NCBI GenBank assembly: GCA_951406725.2
Contig: OX597814.1
Coordinates: forward strand, 127,162,001 to 127,226,000
Reading direction: 5' to 3'
Length of the DNA stretch: 64,000 bases
Source: Octopus vulgaris
Lineage: Eukaryota
The translations under genes and the position numbers were made by a program. The stretch's first letter is position 1. The number at the start of each line of letters is the position of its first letter. The notes beneath the pieces were generated by a model. The model saw only the letters and a program-made list of their open reading frames with translations. It did not search any database and had not been told where the DNA came from. This document shows positions 23,449 to 36,410 of this stretch, in pieces.

Positions 23449-24191
23449 TTAATGTTTGTATGTATGTTTGCGTGTGTGTGTACATACATATATGTATGCG
23501 TGCATGTGTATGTATGTATGTATGTGTGTATATAAAAAAAAAATCAACTAAAACGATGTTGAAGAGCAATGTATTTAGAATAAAAAGCAGAAAAGTATAA
23601 ATCTTGATCATTTAAATGTCCTCTGTAGCTGTTTCAAAGGAATAAAACCTCATTATTTATGTAAGTACATAATTACAATATGTAATTGATTTAAAAGTCA
23701 TATGTTACCCATACATACCTTGGAGAAAAGAATTAAAAATGGTAATCAGGAAACCATTCCTGATTTAAATACAAATGAGACAGACAGGAATATAAGGTCG
23801 AGAAAAAAACACTATATACATCTATATGCATATACACACACAAATACATACACACAAATAAATATTTACATAAATATACACTCACATACATCTAATTGAA
23901 TATCTTCATATTTTTTTCTCTGTGTCTTTGTTTCTTTTCATCTTTTTACTGTCTCATTTGTATATAAAGCAGTAATAGTTTCCTGGGAACTTAATTATGT
24001 ATTTTAATTAAGTAATAATATAAATAACGATCTTTTATTCTATTGTAACAGCTGTTGTGGACAATTATGAACTATATATGTATGTATATATGTATATATA
24101 TATTTATATATTTATATATATATATATGTATGTATGTATATATGTATATATATTTATATATATTTATATATATATATATATATGTATGTAT

Positions 24192-24596
24192 AATCTGTGT
24201 ATTATACATCATTGAAAGCATAATTAACTGCAGTATTCATTCTGAGATAATATCTTTTATTGACATATAATGTTAAAAATCACAGAAATATATGTCGTCT
24301 GCAAAAATCTCCTACCAGCAGTTGTGGAATTGTTAAATGCACATTTCTGCCTCTTTGATCTTCATCAGTAACAAGTATCAGCTGGTTTTGTCTTAGCATG
24401 CAGTTATCAGTGGATACTTGCTTGTGATGAAGCCCAAAGAAACAGAAATGTACATTCACTAATGCCACCACTGTTATGGGATGATTTTTGCCTGCTATTG
24501 ATATATTTCTGTGTTTTTAACCCTATATGTCTATGCTATCTCAATGTAGCATGAAGCTTCCAGTGATGCATCTGCTTTAAGTATGATACATAGATT
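24192..24596. mobile_element. Inverted-repeat Penelope-like element with hammerhead motifs
   Basis: ~185-bp degenerate arms; CTGATGA..GAAA core on the minus strand at 24330-24374. Confidence 0.6.
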
Positions 24597-24654
24597 TCTA
24601 TTTTAAACTAATCCTACTTCTGTCACGCATAGCAAATACACACACACACACACA

Positions 24655-25460
24655 CACATGCAGAAAGAGTTATTGCAAAACTGATTAGAAGAATGATCCT
24701 AGATAGGATGCAGTTTGGTTTTGTACCAGGAAAAGATACCACTTATGCCATTTTCCTCATGAGACAACTGCAAAAGAAGTATTTAGCAAAGAGTAAACCT
24801 CTAAAACTAGCATTCATAGATCTGGAGAAAACCATTGATATGGCCCCTCACTCTATCACCCCGTAGGCACTAAGTAAGTCAGGGGTAGATGAATGGCTTG
24901 TGATGGCCTTAGAAACTATGTACAGAAATGTGATCTGCAAAATGAGACTTAATGAGTTCAGTGACAAATTTAATGTGCAGTTAGGGATTCACCAGGGCTC
25001 TCTCTTGTATATGATTGCCCTCCAAATAATTACAGAGTAGTTTAAGATTAACTGTCTGTGAGAACTGTATGATGATGATCTTATAGTAAAATCTGTTGAA
25101 AGTTTGGAGAAGAAATTCAAAACATGGAAGCAAAACCTGGATTATAGTAAAATTAGCCCAAACTAAAGTTATGTTGAGTAGGAAAAAAGACTAGACTCTA
25201 CGACTATAAGGGGGATGGCTATGCTTGTATGCTGAAGAAGAGTAGATAGAAACTCCATACTGTGTGCTTAGTGTGCACAAGAAGTTTAGTGGGATCACAG
25301 ATGGGTTAACAGCAAGGTAGCTTCTATATATGGCAAATACTTAGGGGTATTAAACATGAAAAAAACCTAGGAAATGGCTTCTCTCAACTGCTCAGAAGGC
25401 TCTTAGAAGTTGTCATTAGTTTTTGCTAATTTGGTGACTTAATTAGCAAAGTAAATTGAT
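24655..25460 (+). mobile_element. RTE RT-domain relic
   Basis: MQFGFVPGKDTTYAIFLMRQLQKKYLAKSKPLKLAFIDLEK...LYDDDL. Confidence 0.85.
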
Positions 25461-25513
25461 GCTTTCCAGTGTTTTCCACACCAAATTAAAGATATTAATT
25501 ATAAAGTATTTAC

Positions 25514-25514
<1 letters not shown>

Positions 25515-25563
<49 letters not shown>

Positions 25564-25845
25564 GTCTTCATCGTCGTCGTCGTCATTGTCATTGTCGTCG
25601 TCGTCATCATTTAGCATCTGCTTTTCATGCTGGTATGGGTTGGGTGGTTTGACAGGAGCTGACTAGCTGAAGAGCTGTTCAGGCTCCATGTCTGTTTTGG
25701 TATAGTTTATAGAAACTATACCAAAACAGACATGGTTGGCATCAAGAAGGGCATCCAGCCCTATGGCTGGATGCCCTTCTTGATGCCAACCACTTTACAA
25801 AGTGTAGTGGGTGCTTTTACATAGCACCAGCATGTGGCACCAGCA
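25515..25845 (-). mobile_element. RTE tail fragment with (CAT)n, containing a double-hairpin rearrangement
   Basis: Family tail motif plus hairpins at 25686-25792. Confidence 0.8.
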
Positions 25846-26278
25846 CATTTAATGTAATATAATAAACATATAATTTAAATGATTAAAATAATGATATAAA
25901 CAATGTATATTTATATTGTTCCAAGAAGTCTGTATGCATATGTATTTATATATGTATGTATGTGTGAGATAGCGAGCATGAGTGTGAGTGTATCTATGTG
26001 TGTGTCCTTGTCTTGATATCATGTGATAGTTGTAAACTAGCATTGTTCATTTCAGAAACATAAGGAACTACTACCTTGCATAGAAACAGGTTGAGATTGG
26101 TGAGAAGAAGGGCATCCAGCTGTAGAAAATCTGCCTCAGTGATTTTCTTCCGATCCATGCAAGCTGGGAAAAGTAGACATTAAAATGACAACAATGATGA
26201 TAATGATGATGTTAATGTCCAGTGTATGTGTTGTCTAATATGCATCTTAGATAATATTATAACATTATGATATTATAA

Positions 26279-26678
26279 CTGGTAAGCTGGCACAATCATT
26301 AGCATGCTGGGTGAAATGCTTAGCAGTATTTCATCTGCCGCTACGTTCTGAGTTCAAATTCTGCCGAGGTCGACTTTGCCTTTCATCCTTTTGGGGTCAA
26401 TTAAATAAGTACCAGTTACACACTGGGGTTGATATAATCAACTTAATCCGTTTGTCTGTCCTTGTTTGTCCTCTCTGTGTTTAGCCCCTTGTGGGTAGTA
26501 AAGAAATAGGTATTTCGTCTGCCGCTATGTTTTGAGTTCAAATTCCGCCGAGGTCGACTTTACCTTTCATCCTTTCGGGGTCAATAAAACAAGTGCCAGT
26601 TGAACACTGGGGTCAATGTAATCAACTTACCCGCTCCCTAAAATTGCTGGCCTTGTGACGAAATTTGAAACCAATATT
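26279..26678 (+). mobile_element. SINE family A dimer
   Basis: Two GAGTTCAAATT..CCTTTCATCCTTT bodies; the second ends in GAAATTTGAAACCAATA. Confidence 0.85.
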
Positions 26679-27316
26679 GTAATCAGTTGCTTAAATGTTG
26701 TCATATGTATTTCACAAGATTAAACTAAGGCATCATAACCCCTTATTCTTATACTGATGAGGTAACTAATCTTACAGCTGATTATGATAATCATCTCAGC
26801 AATCTGTTATATGTGTTTTGACCAAGATGAGTGTTGTGATAACTTAAAAGGCTGGCCATATAATTCCATTAGTGGTAAGTGGGTGTTAAAGTATGGCTTG
26901 GTGCTTAAAGAACAGGAAACTCTTACAGATGCTTAGCAGAAGTCTGATAAGCAGTTATTTGGAGAATAGTTTCCTTTATAGATTGCTTTGTTATGGCACA
27001 ACAAAGCTGTGCTGCTCTAATTAAACAACTCAGTAATACCTTAGTGATGTTTACCCAAAGTAAACTCACTTAAAATATATCAATATACTTTCACTATTTA
27101 GTTCTCTTTAACAACCCCACGTACTTGACAATGGAATGAAGATGACCATTAGCAATATGTTACTAATGGCTAGTTTTATACTATTTACCAATTATACTAT
27201 TACCAACTCTGTCAGCCTGTAGTTGATGAAATATTGCCACACCATAATACTACCTTTTTTTTACAAATGAAGATTGTATACTGTCCTAAAAATACTTGTG
27301 AATATTGTCTATTTAG

Positions 27317-27432
27317 TGTATGTATGTATGTATGTATGTATGTATGTATGTATGTATGTATGTATGTATGTATGTATGTATGTATGTATGTATGTATGTA
27401 TGCATATATGTATGTATGCATGTATGTATGTA
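27317..27432. repeat. (TATG)n microsatellite
   Basis: Directly visible. Confidence 0.95.
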
Positions 27433-27551
27433 TGCACAGGGAATATTGACTATTTAGAATATATGTACATATATATATATAGCCGTTTAATGCTGACCAC
27501 TTGATAAAATCGTTCTTTTATTTTAAATTAACGATCTTATCCTTATTTATT

Positions 27552-27591
<40 letters not shown>

Positions 27592-27599
27592 AATTTGTC

Positions 27600-28222
27600 T
27601 TTTATCTCTTACTTGCTTTAGTCATTATACTGTGGCCATGCTGGGGCACTGCCTTGAAGAATGTTTAGTTGACTGAGTCAACCCCAGTACCAACCCTGCT
27701 ACTTATTCTATCTGTCTCTTTTGCTGAACTGCTAGGATATGACGATGTAAACACACTAACACCAGTTCTCAGGTGATGGTGGAAGACAAACAGAAATGCA
27801 AAGACACAAATACACACACACACACACAACACACACACACACACACAAACAAACACATACACACACATGCACACATACACACACTTATTTTCTTTTTGTC
27901 TTGCAAGTACTTGGTTACCCTGTCAGTGCAGGTGCCACTTAAAAGCTCCAGTCCACACTGTAGAGCAGTTGGTGTTTGGAAGGGCATCCAGCTGTAAAAA
28001 CATTGCCAAAATTGACCTTGCCTGTGCTTGTGTCACGTAAAAAGCACTAAGTCAACTCTGCTGAGTGGTTGGTGTTAAGAAGGGCATCCAGCTGTAAAAA
28101 TCCTGCCAAAATAGTTACAGAAGTCTAGTGCAGGCTTCTGCCTGACTGGCTCTTATCAAACCATCCCACCCATGCCAGTATGGAGGGCGGATATTAAACA
28201 ATGATGATGATGATGATGATAT

Positions 28223-28298
<76 letters not shown>

Positions 28299-28469
28299 GA
28301 CTGATTTCTTTCAGTTTCCATCTACTAAATGTACTCACAAGTCTTTGGTAAGTCCAAGGCTATAATAGAATAATAGAAGACACTTGCCCAATGTACTATA
28401 TGGTGAAACTGAACCAAAAACCATGTTGTTGGGGAGCAAGCTTCTTACCACAAAGCCATGCCTACACCT
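27600..28469 (-). mobile_element. SINE family E split by an RTE tail fragment (27890-28220, +)
   Basis: 3' half at 27600-27870, 5' half at 28296-28469, RTE tail inside the internal microsatellite. Confidence 0.72.
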
Positions 28470-28526
28470 AAATGTATATATGTCTATGCATATAAAATAT
28501 TTAATCCATAATTGTTTGTCCAACAA

Positions 28527-28557
<31 letters not shown>

Positions 28558-28814
28558 GTGTCGTTGTGCCTGTGTTCCCTTTCACTGCTTGACAACCAGT
28601 GTTGGTGTGTTTTCATCCCCATAACTTAATGGTTTGGCAAAAGGGACCAACATAATAAGTACCAGGCTTAAATAAAAAGTACTGGGATCAATTCGTTTGG
28701 CAATAATTCTACAAGATGGTGCCCCAGCATGGCCACAGTCTAATGACTGAAAGCAAGTAAAGGATATATGTGTGTGTGTGTGTAATGCAGGTTACCTTGC
28801 AAATTAATGACATT

Positions 28815-29325
28815 AGCAGGGTGCAAAGAACACCATATGAGTGTGACCATTGACAGAGTGGCTAACCGGCTTCCATGCCAGTGGCATATAAAAGGCACCA
28901 TTCGAGCGTGATCGTTACCAGCGTCGCCTTACTGGCACTTGAGCCCCGTGCTAGTAGGGTGCTAAGAGCACCATCTGAGTGTGATCGTTGCCAGAGCAGC
29001 AAACTGGCTTCTGTGCCAGTGGCATGTAAAAGACATCATTTGAGTGTGATCGTTACCAGCATTGCCTTACTGGCACCTGTGCTGGTGGCATGTGTAAAAA
29101 GATTCGAGCGAGGTCGTTGCCAGTACTGCCTGACTGGCCCCCGTGCCAGTGGCACGTAAAAGTACCCACTACACTCTCAGAGTGGTTGGCGTTAGGAAAG
29201 GTATGCAGCTGTAGAAACTCTGCCAGATCAAGATTGCAGCCATCTGGTTCGCCAGCTCTTAATCAAATCGTCCAACCCATGCTAGCATGGAAAGCGGACG
29301 TTAAACGATGATGATGATGATGAAT
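28815..29325 (+). mobile_element. RTE 3' UTR/tail fragment
   Basis: Tandem UTR units plus GTGGTTGGCGTTAGGAAAGG..GGACGTTAAACGATGATG. Confidence 0.8.
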
Positions 29326-29787
29326 ATCATCATCATAATTTTAAATTTTTCAGTTCATATTAGAAACTACCAGAATCGACACTCTGTAGACCATGTTCTC
29401 TAATGTCAGGAGGAAAGAAATGAAGAGAAATCAAGACTTCTACAGTTCTGTCATACAAATAACTTTATCATTTGCAGTGCAGTTATTAAGCTATTCAAGT
29501 GGTCACTTATCATTCAGCTGGACACAGGAACCAAATTCGTTTTGTATTTACGAGAAACAATAAAAAACTGGCAGAAGGAGCTATGAATAGGACGTTGAAC
29601 GATTAACTTGCAATGGAGTGAGCTGAGAGGCTAGCATCTGTAAATCTATTAAAAAGATACAGACAGAGGAAGGTTTTGTTCAAATAGCTTGTAATGGATG
29701 TATAGTAGATATCAGGTCACCAAGGATGTTATGGATAAGTCAGTTGTTTTTGAAGTCCATAGAATAAATCATAGAAGAAAATAATAG

Positions 29788-30134
29788 TTCTGTTGTGTCT
29801 GGGGAGAGTCATTTTCTTTTTGTGCCTTATAATGTAACACACTCACCGGTAAAATTTCCACTTTTTTTCTTATTTTTATTTTCCTAAAATTTTTGTTGTG
29901 TCTTGTTCCCTTTTCAACAGTTTTGACTCAAATCTATTGAAAAGGTTGCAAGACGCAACAAAAATTTTAGGCAAATAAAAATAAGAAAAAAGTGGAAATT
30001 TTACTGGTAAGTGTGTTATATTATAAGGCACAAAAAGAAAATGACTCTCCCCAGACACAACAGAATATGCTTCAACACACGAACTCAAATAAAGAATCTT
30101 GCAAACCAAATCCAAAAACGAAATAAAATAATAG
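29788..30134. mobile_element. Partially inverted retroelement (Penelope-like)
   Basis: ~125-bp inverted arms at 29788-30065; AAAATAATAGTT on both flanks. Confidence 0.6.
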
Positions 30135-30892
30135 TTGAAATAGCCTACATGCAAGTGACTTAGTATTCCACAGACATATCTTTAACACCAATTCTCATAT
30201 AGAACTAGGATGACATATATGACAAAGTTGGTCCATGGAATTTCAAGTGCAGCCCATTTAACAGACATTCATACAGTTTGTTACTCCCCAATTTTATTCG
30301 CAAGATTTGGTTTGACCTGAGGCTATGTAAAATGCTATGAAGTGGGTTTGAACTCAGCACCTCATGATTACAAAGTGAACTTCTCAACTCTTTAACCAGT
30401 TGGTGGCAGTATGAAAGGAAGTCCATGAGCCTTGTAGATCTAATTAATATTTGTAGTAGTGAAAGAATAAAGAAAAGGGTTATTACCTCTACTTGCAACA
30501 AAGTTTCAGTCTTTATACATAGGCCAAAGAACTTTATAACTTGTATAAATAAAAGTGTATATAAAGATGTATATAAAAGATTCTGCAAGGTAGTGAGACA
30601 TGGGTGTTAATCGTGGAAGGTCTATGGGGGTGGGGGATGAGAAAGGAAAAAGATGAACATGATCTGTTGGATGTTTAATGTTAATTTGCATGAGATTGAA
30701 CACAAAGAAATAAAGGAAGTGAAAAAGCAACTGAGGGTTTCCAAAATCAGTGGAAGGAGAGAAGGAATGGAGGAAAGTAAGAAGTTATCTTCAGTTTAAA
30801 GACTTGACCTGAATGCCTGTGATAGAGGGAACTCCAAGTGATAGGTGATGATGTTATACCAGGCAATGAATTAACCCTGTCATGCTGTATTC

Positions 30893-31392
30893 TTTGTCTT
30901 ATCTTGAGACAGCATTCACCTGGGGTGGGTTGAACTGGCTTCATTCATCCTCAATGCTGCATCTCTCACAAACGCCGACCAGACCTGGCAATTTGAGGCT
31001 AGCAACCGTGTGATCTCCAACCACTCCTTATTTCAGCAGTGAACGCCGTAGATATGGGGGCCTAGGTTGCGTTCCAGATCAGCCTTGACTGTCATCAGCC
31101 AGGTTTTTTGTTGTCCACCACATCGCTTTCACCAACCCTGAAGGGGAGCTGGGGCAATTGCTTCATAGCTGAATTCTCTTGGTTGACGACGGAGGGCATG
31201 ATCCAGCGTACGCAGATGTCTCGTTAGGATGACTTGTCGGAGGGAGGTGATTTTTATGGCAGCTAGTCATGGCTGATGAGAGTGGAAGATATTAAGTGAC
31301 TAGAATTCTTCAATCACCTCTGTCTACGCCGCATCCTTCGTGTCTGATGGCATCACTTTGTCTCCAACAATTCGGTGCGACACCTGTGCAAA
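30893..31392 (-). mobile_element. RTE-clade LINE 3' end with a 5' inversion
   Basis: Minus: LDHALRR..GGQQKTWLMTVKADLE..WSAFVRDA; plus piece: SWLMRVEDIK*LEFFNHLCLRRILRV; TSD ATGCTGTATTC at 30882-30892 and 31393-31403. Confidence 0.85.
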
Positions 31393-32039
31393 ATGCTGTA
31401 TTCCTGCTATAGCAAGTTAAATGTCATCTCTGCTGGATACCTGGTAAGTCAATAATGAACAATACTTATAGAAAAAGAAGTTGCAGCTGATGCTGTCCAT
31501 TAGTTTGCCTGCAGTTGTTACTCTTGAGCTGTATATGCAATTATTTATTTTTTGCTTGGGAGCCAGGTGAAGGGTAAAGTTAAGCACAGGGGCCTAGTTC
31601 TGAGAGGGTTAAGTCTGTCATCAAGAAACAGGAACTGTCTTTACAATGGACTTCCACCCAGTTTCTGTTTTCCAAATTTCTTTCACAAGAAAATTGAGGC
31701 AATGTTTGAAGACATTTAACCAAAGTGTTGTATAGTAGGATTGAACCTGAAACCAACCACATAAAAGTGAAGCAAAATTCTCAACCACACTGCCAGGCCT
31801 GAAATATCTACAGTATTCCTGACTTTATTTAATTCTTCTATATTTCCATTCCAGAGATGTAGACAAAGCATATAATAACTTGCTTTTAACAGTTGAACTC
31901 GGAGTAGAAAATCTATAAGTAAAAACATGTAAATATGTTAGACATTGGTCATTTCTACAGACGTGGATACATGTCCCATGAGCAGCCTTCAACTTTTTCT
32001 ATCCAATTAGATTTTTAACCCAATATTTTCACACTATTA

Positions 32040-32245
32040 AGGCAGCAAGCTGGTGGAATCAGTAAAATTCTTAGCAGCATTTTGTCTGTCTTTATGTTCT
32101 CAATTCAAATTCTTTTGAGGTTGACTTTGCCTTTCATCCTTTCAGAGTTGATAAAATAAGTACTGGTTGAACACTGGGGTCGATGTAATCGACTCACCCC
32201 CACTCTGAAACTTGCTGGCTTTGTGCCAAAATTTGAAACCAATAT
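32040..32245 (+). mobile_element. SINE family A
   Basis: GACTTTGCCTTTCATCCTTTC..GATAAAATAAGTAC..AATTTGAAACCAATA. Confidence 0.78.
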
Positions 32246-32289
32246 TTACACACCATTATCTGTAACTTTTCTACTTTGAGTTCAACTGT

Positions 32290-32502
32290 TTACTCTTTTA
32301 CTCTTTTACTTGTTTCAGTCATTTAACTGTGGCCATGCTGGAGCACTGCCTTTTAGTTGAGTAAATCGACCCCAGGACTTATTCTTTGTAAGCCTAGAAC
32401 TTATTCTATTGGTCTCTTTTGCCGAACCACTAAGTTACGGGGACATAAACACACCAGCATCAGTTATCAAGCGATGTTGGGGGGACAAACACAGACACAC
32501 AA

Positions 32503-32565
<63 letters not shown>

Positions 32566-32742
32566 TACACATATATAAAATGGGCTTTTTTCAGTTTCCG
32601 TCTACCAAATCCACTCACAAGGCTTTGGTTGGCCCGAGGCTATAGTAGAAGACACTTGCCCAAGGTGCTATGCAGTGGGACTGAACCTGGAACCATGTGG
32701 TTTGTAAGCAAGCTACTTACCACACAGCCACTCCTAAGCCTA
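32290..32742 (-). mobile_element. SINE family E, full length with internal (CA/TA)n
   Basis: tRNA-like head and (AGTAAAAG)n tail, collinear with 50543-51070. Confidence 0.88.
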
Positions 32743-33858
32743 TAAAACAAATTATTTCATGTTTTCTTAAATTTTCTAAATTCTTATGGCGTCTGCAACA
32801 CAGAATAACATTTTTTTAAAGAAATGTAACCAACAGTGTTTCTGGCCACCAAATAAATACCAATAAATGATATTTAAGAGACACAGCGAAAGGAAGGATC
32901 ATAGTACAAGCACCTTAAGGTTTTAGGGAGTTTGTCAATAGCTGTTACCTTAAACTCGCTGCACAGTTAATGTGCAGATCAATGTTACTTATGAGGAGAA
33001 TGCACCACTCCTGCTGTCAACACCTTTCTCATCCACCACTGACATCATTGCCATCATTATTATTCCACACCACCATCGCTATCTTCACAACTACTACCAC
33101 ATCAGCAGCAGCACCACCACCACCACCACCAATACCAAGACCAACAACAACTCTATCACTTGAGCAATAAATCAATAGAAGCTGTTTCTTTCTCATTAAT
33201 CTAGAGAGATCCAGGACCAGGTGAAACTTTTCTCATTCCACATTTATTTGGAAATATAAAAACTCTCACAACCTGAAAGACTCAAAAGTAATGAGAGTGG
33301 TGGGGGATATGCTTGAAACGAACACAGAGAAAAAGAGAGAGGGAGATAGAGAAGGAGTATAGAGATTATTGTGAGAAAAAGAGAAAGACATTGAAAGAAA
33401 TATAGACATACAGGAAAAGAGAGACAGTTTATGTAAGAGGTGGTAGGGGGCATTATGATAATATCAACAGCTCAAAGTCACTGTGTGTTTGTGTTTTGCC
33501 TAAGTGAGTTAGAGTGGACAGAGGGGAAGATACTGAGCAATAATGGAAGAGTTTAGTTGGACAATAACTTTCAATGGTAAGATAATTACATTCAGTTTTG
33601 GTAGGCAAAATGGATAGTTTTTTTAGCATGTTATTGTCATTGAATAGGTGTTGGTCACTTCTATATCAATAGACAACTGAATATTGGGGACATAGTTCAC
33701 ATCTTGTGCTTCAAACATACCTCAGTTTGTTCTGAGACCATGGGGCTGTTCTGGGACCCTGATGTAAAATATCTTGAGATTATACTATCAAAGGAATGGA
33801 CATGTAGAATATGCTAAACTCACTGACAATTGTCCTTTCTGTAGGTCATTGAGATTAT

Positions 33859-33859
<1 letters not shown>

Positions 33860-33908
<49 letters not shown>

Positions 33909-33920
33909 TAATAATAATAA
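33860..33920. repeat. (TAA)n microsatellite
   Basis: Directly visible. Confidence 0.9.
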
Positions 33921-35084
33921 CAATTATATATATATATATTTGTATTGGTGAGAGAGTTGGTATGTGAAAGCACGTGGTTGGATGTATATATAACTATTGA
34001 TTGCTTAAAGTGGATAATAATTGTGGAAGAGAGAAACCCAGGAAGACATGGGACAAAGTATTGAAGGCAGATCCCAAGATGCTGAATCTTAAGGAGGAGA
34101 TGACAGAGGAGTGAAATAATTGATGTTTTACTGAGCTCAAAAAGACCCATCCATTACTGTAAAAATATCCTAAAACCACTTGGTATGTTTGCACATGGAA
34201 CCCTGTATTCATTCTTCCCTCTTTGCCCTGTTAAGATGCCCTCAATTCTCATCTACTAACACAAGGGTTCTCAACCATTTTGTTATCCATTTACCTCTTT
34301 GAGTACTTTTTATTCTGGTGGACTCCCATAGCCATTCGATGTTTAAAAACTAGTTTTATAGAAATTTCTTTCAAAACCCTTTTTTCTCCCCTTCACCATT
34401 TTCTATCTGTCTCTTTCTCTCTTCCCCTCTTTTTCCTTTACTCTCTCACATTGCTCACATATGACCATCGTCCATCTTTCTTTTCTGTACATGATCATCT
34501 TTCTTTTCTTTCAGGGCTGTCCTAGAGGCTGGACATATACTATCTATCTCTCTCTTCTATCTTTTCTCTTGTCAAAGAAAATATTTCTCCAGTGTTCGCT
34601 ATTTTATTCTTGTTCTGGTCTAACGACCTTCTATATATTCGTTCAGTTTTCTTGTATGTCTCCACTGTCCTGTTTTTATTCCCAACTTTAACCGTCCATA
34701 AATCCCAAATTTTATTTTGGTATTTGTGGGAGCAACTGCCTTCGAAGACATATATGGTGGAAGAAAGCACACTTGTTGTTGACATCCAGCACACACTTTC
34801 TTTCTCTCCCATTAGCTCTGTCTTTCACCCTGTTTCTCTCTCTCCTTTATGCATCTGTATTTGAGATCAAGCTCATGTGTTCTGTATTTGATGAAAGCAT
34901 GGGCAATATGCTATGTACTGCAAATAAGTCTACAGCACACAGTGAGACATAAAAGAGGAGAGCAACTAACCTCTGCTGTCATTGCTGGATCCCAATGTGT
35001 TTCCTATTATACTAGTATTCTATTTTGAGGAGTAGAAATTGTTTTCCTGGTTGAGCTGATTGGTTTTGATTTTTACCATTATTG

Positions 35085-35106
35085 GAAGAAACCCGTTGTA
35101 AATATG

Positions 35107-35157
<51 letters not shown>

Positions 35158-35385
35158 CTGTGTGTGTGTGTATACGTTTGTGTGTCTGTGTTTGTCCCCA
35201 CAACATCGCTTGACAGCCGATGCTGGTGTGTTTATGTCCCCGTAACTTAGCGGTTCGACAAGAGACCGATAGAATAAGTACTAGGCTTACAAAGAATAAG
35301 TCCTGAGGTCGATTTTCTCGACTAAAGGCGGTGCTCCAGCATGGTCACAGTCAAATGACTGAAACAAGTAAAAGAGCAAAGAGCA
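35085..35385 (+). mobile_element. SINE family E 3' half
   Basis: CAACATCGCTTGACAGCCGATGCTGG..GACTGAAACAAGTAAAAGAG. Confidence 0.82.
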
Positions 35386-35929
35386 TATCAGAAACATTTT
35401 TTCCCTTAAAATGTATCAAAATGCCCCCTGCTGGGTCCTGCATACAAAATTGGGCCTATATTACATGTTTTAGTACATTAAAAACTTTCGTGAACATGCG
35501 CTGCTGAAATTGGAGTGTGTCTAATATGTCTAAGCATCAAATGCAGTCAATTGAGGATTGGTAGGATTTTCTTTAATGATTGAAATTGTTGTAGAGGCTT
35601 GATGTTGTTAAAGGCAGCCTCCTTACCTTCTGAAGTAGGGTCAGATTAAATGGGGTCACATAGTACACTACACTCACTGACCAGAATGATTTCTAGTTCC
35701 CCATGTACTTACTATATCGAATGACTTTTAGGTTTCACTACATTTGTTTTATTATAAGCAAATTTTACATGGATTTTGATGCACATGTTAGCGATCTGTT
35801 TCACTCCTTTCAAGAAATAAAAAAAAGTCTTTATTGCAGTGGTAACTGCTCTTTCTGATCTTTGTTGGAGCTGTTGTAAAATCAGTGCGTATGTGTGTGT
35901 GTGTGCATGTGAGTGTGTAAATATGAATG

Positions 35930-36410
35930 TCATCATCATCATCATCGTTTAACGTCCACTTTCCATGCTAGCATGGGTTGGACGGTTCAACCAAGGTCTG
36001 GGAAGCCAGGAAGCTGTACCAGGCTCCAGTCTGATCTGGCAGTGTTTCTACAGCTGGATGCCCTTCCTAACACCAACTACTCCATGAGTGTAATGGGTTC
36101 TTTTTATGTGCCACCGGCACAGAGGCCAGCGGAGGCTGGCAATGGCCATGATCAGTTGGTGCTTTTTATGTGCCACTGGCATAGATGCCAGTCAAGGTGG
36201 CGCTGGCATCGGCCACGTTCAGATGGTGCTTTTTATGTGCCACCGGCACAGGTATCACAACTACAATTTCCATTTGATTTTTATTTTGATGTTGATGTAC
36301 TTGACTCAATAGGTTTCCTCAAGCACAGCAGGTTGCCCTATGATCCAAGGTAAGCACAGCAGGCTGTCCTGCAAGCCATGAACTCACTTCGTTTGTCTGG
36401 TCTTCGTAGT
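35930..36410 (-). mobile_element. RTE 3' UTR/tail fragment
   Basis: (CAT)n-GTTTAACGTCCACTTTCCATGCTAGCATGGG. Confidence 0.8.

Noticed and set aside
26750-26790. CTGATGA hammerhead core
   Set aside because: No GAAA or closing stems
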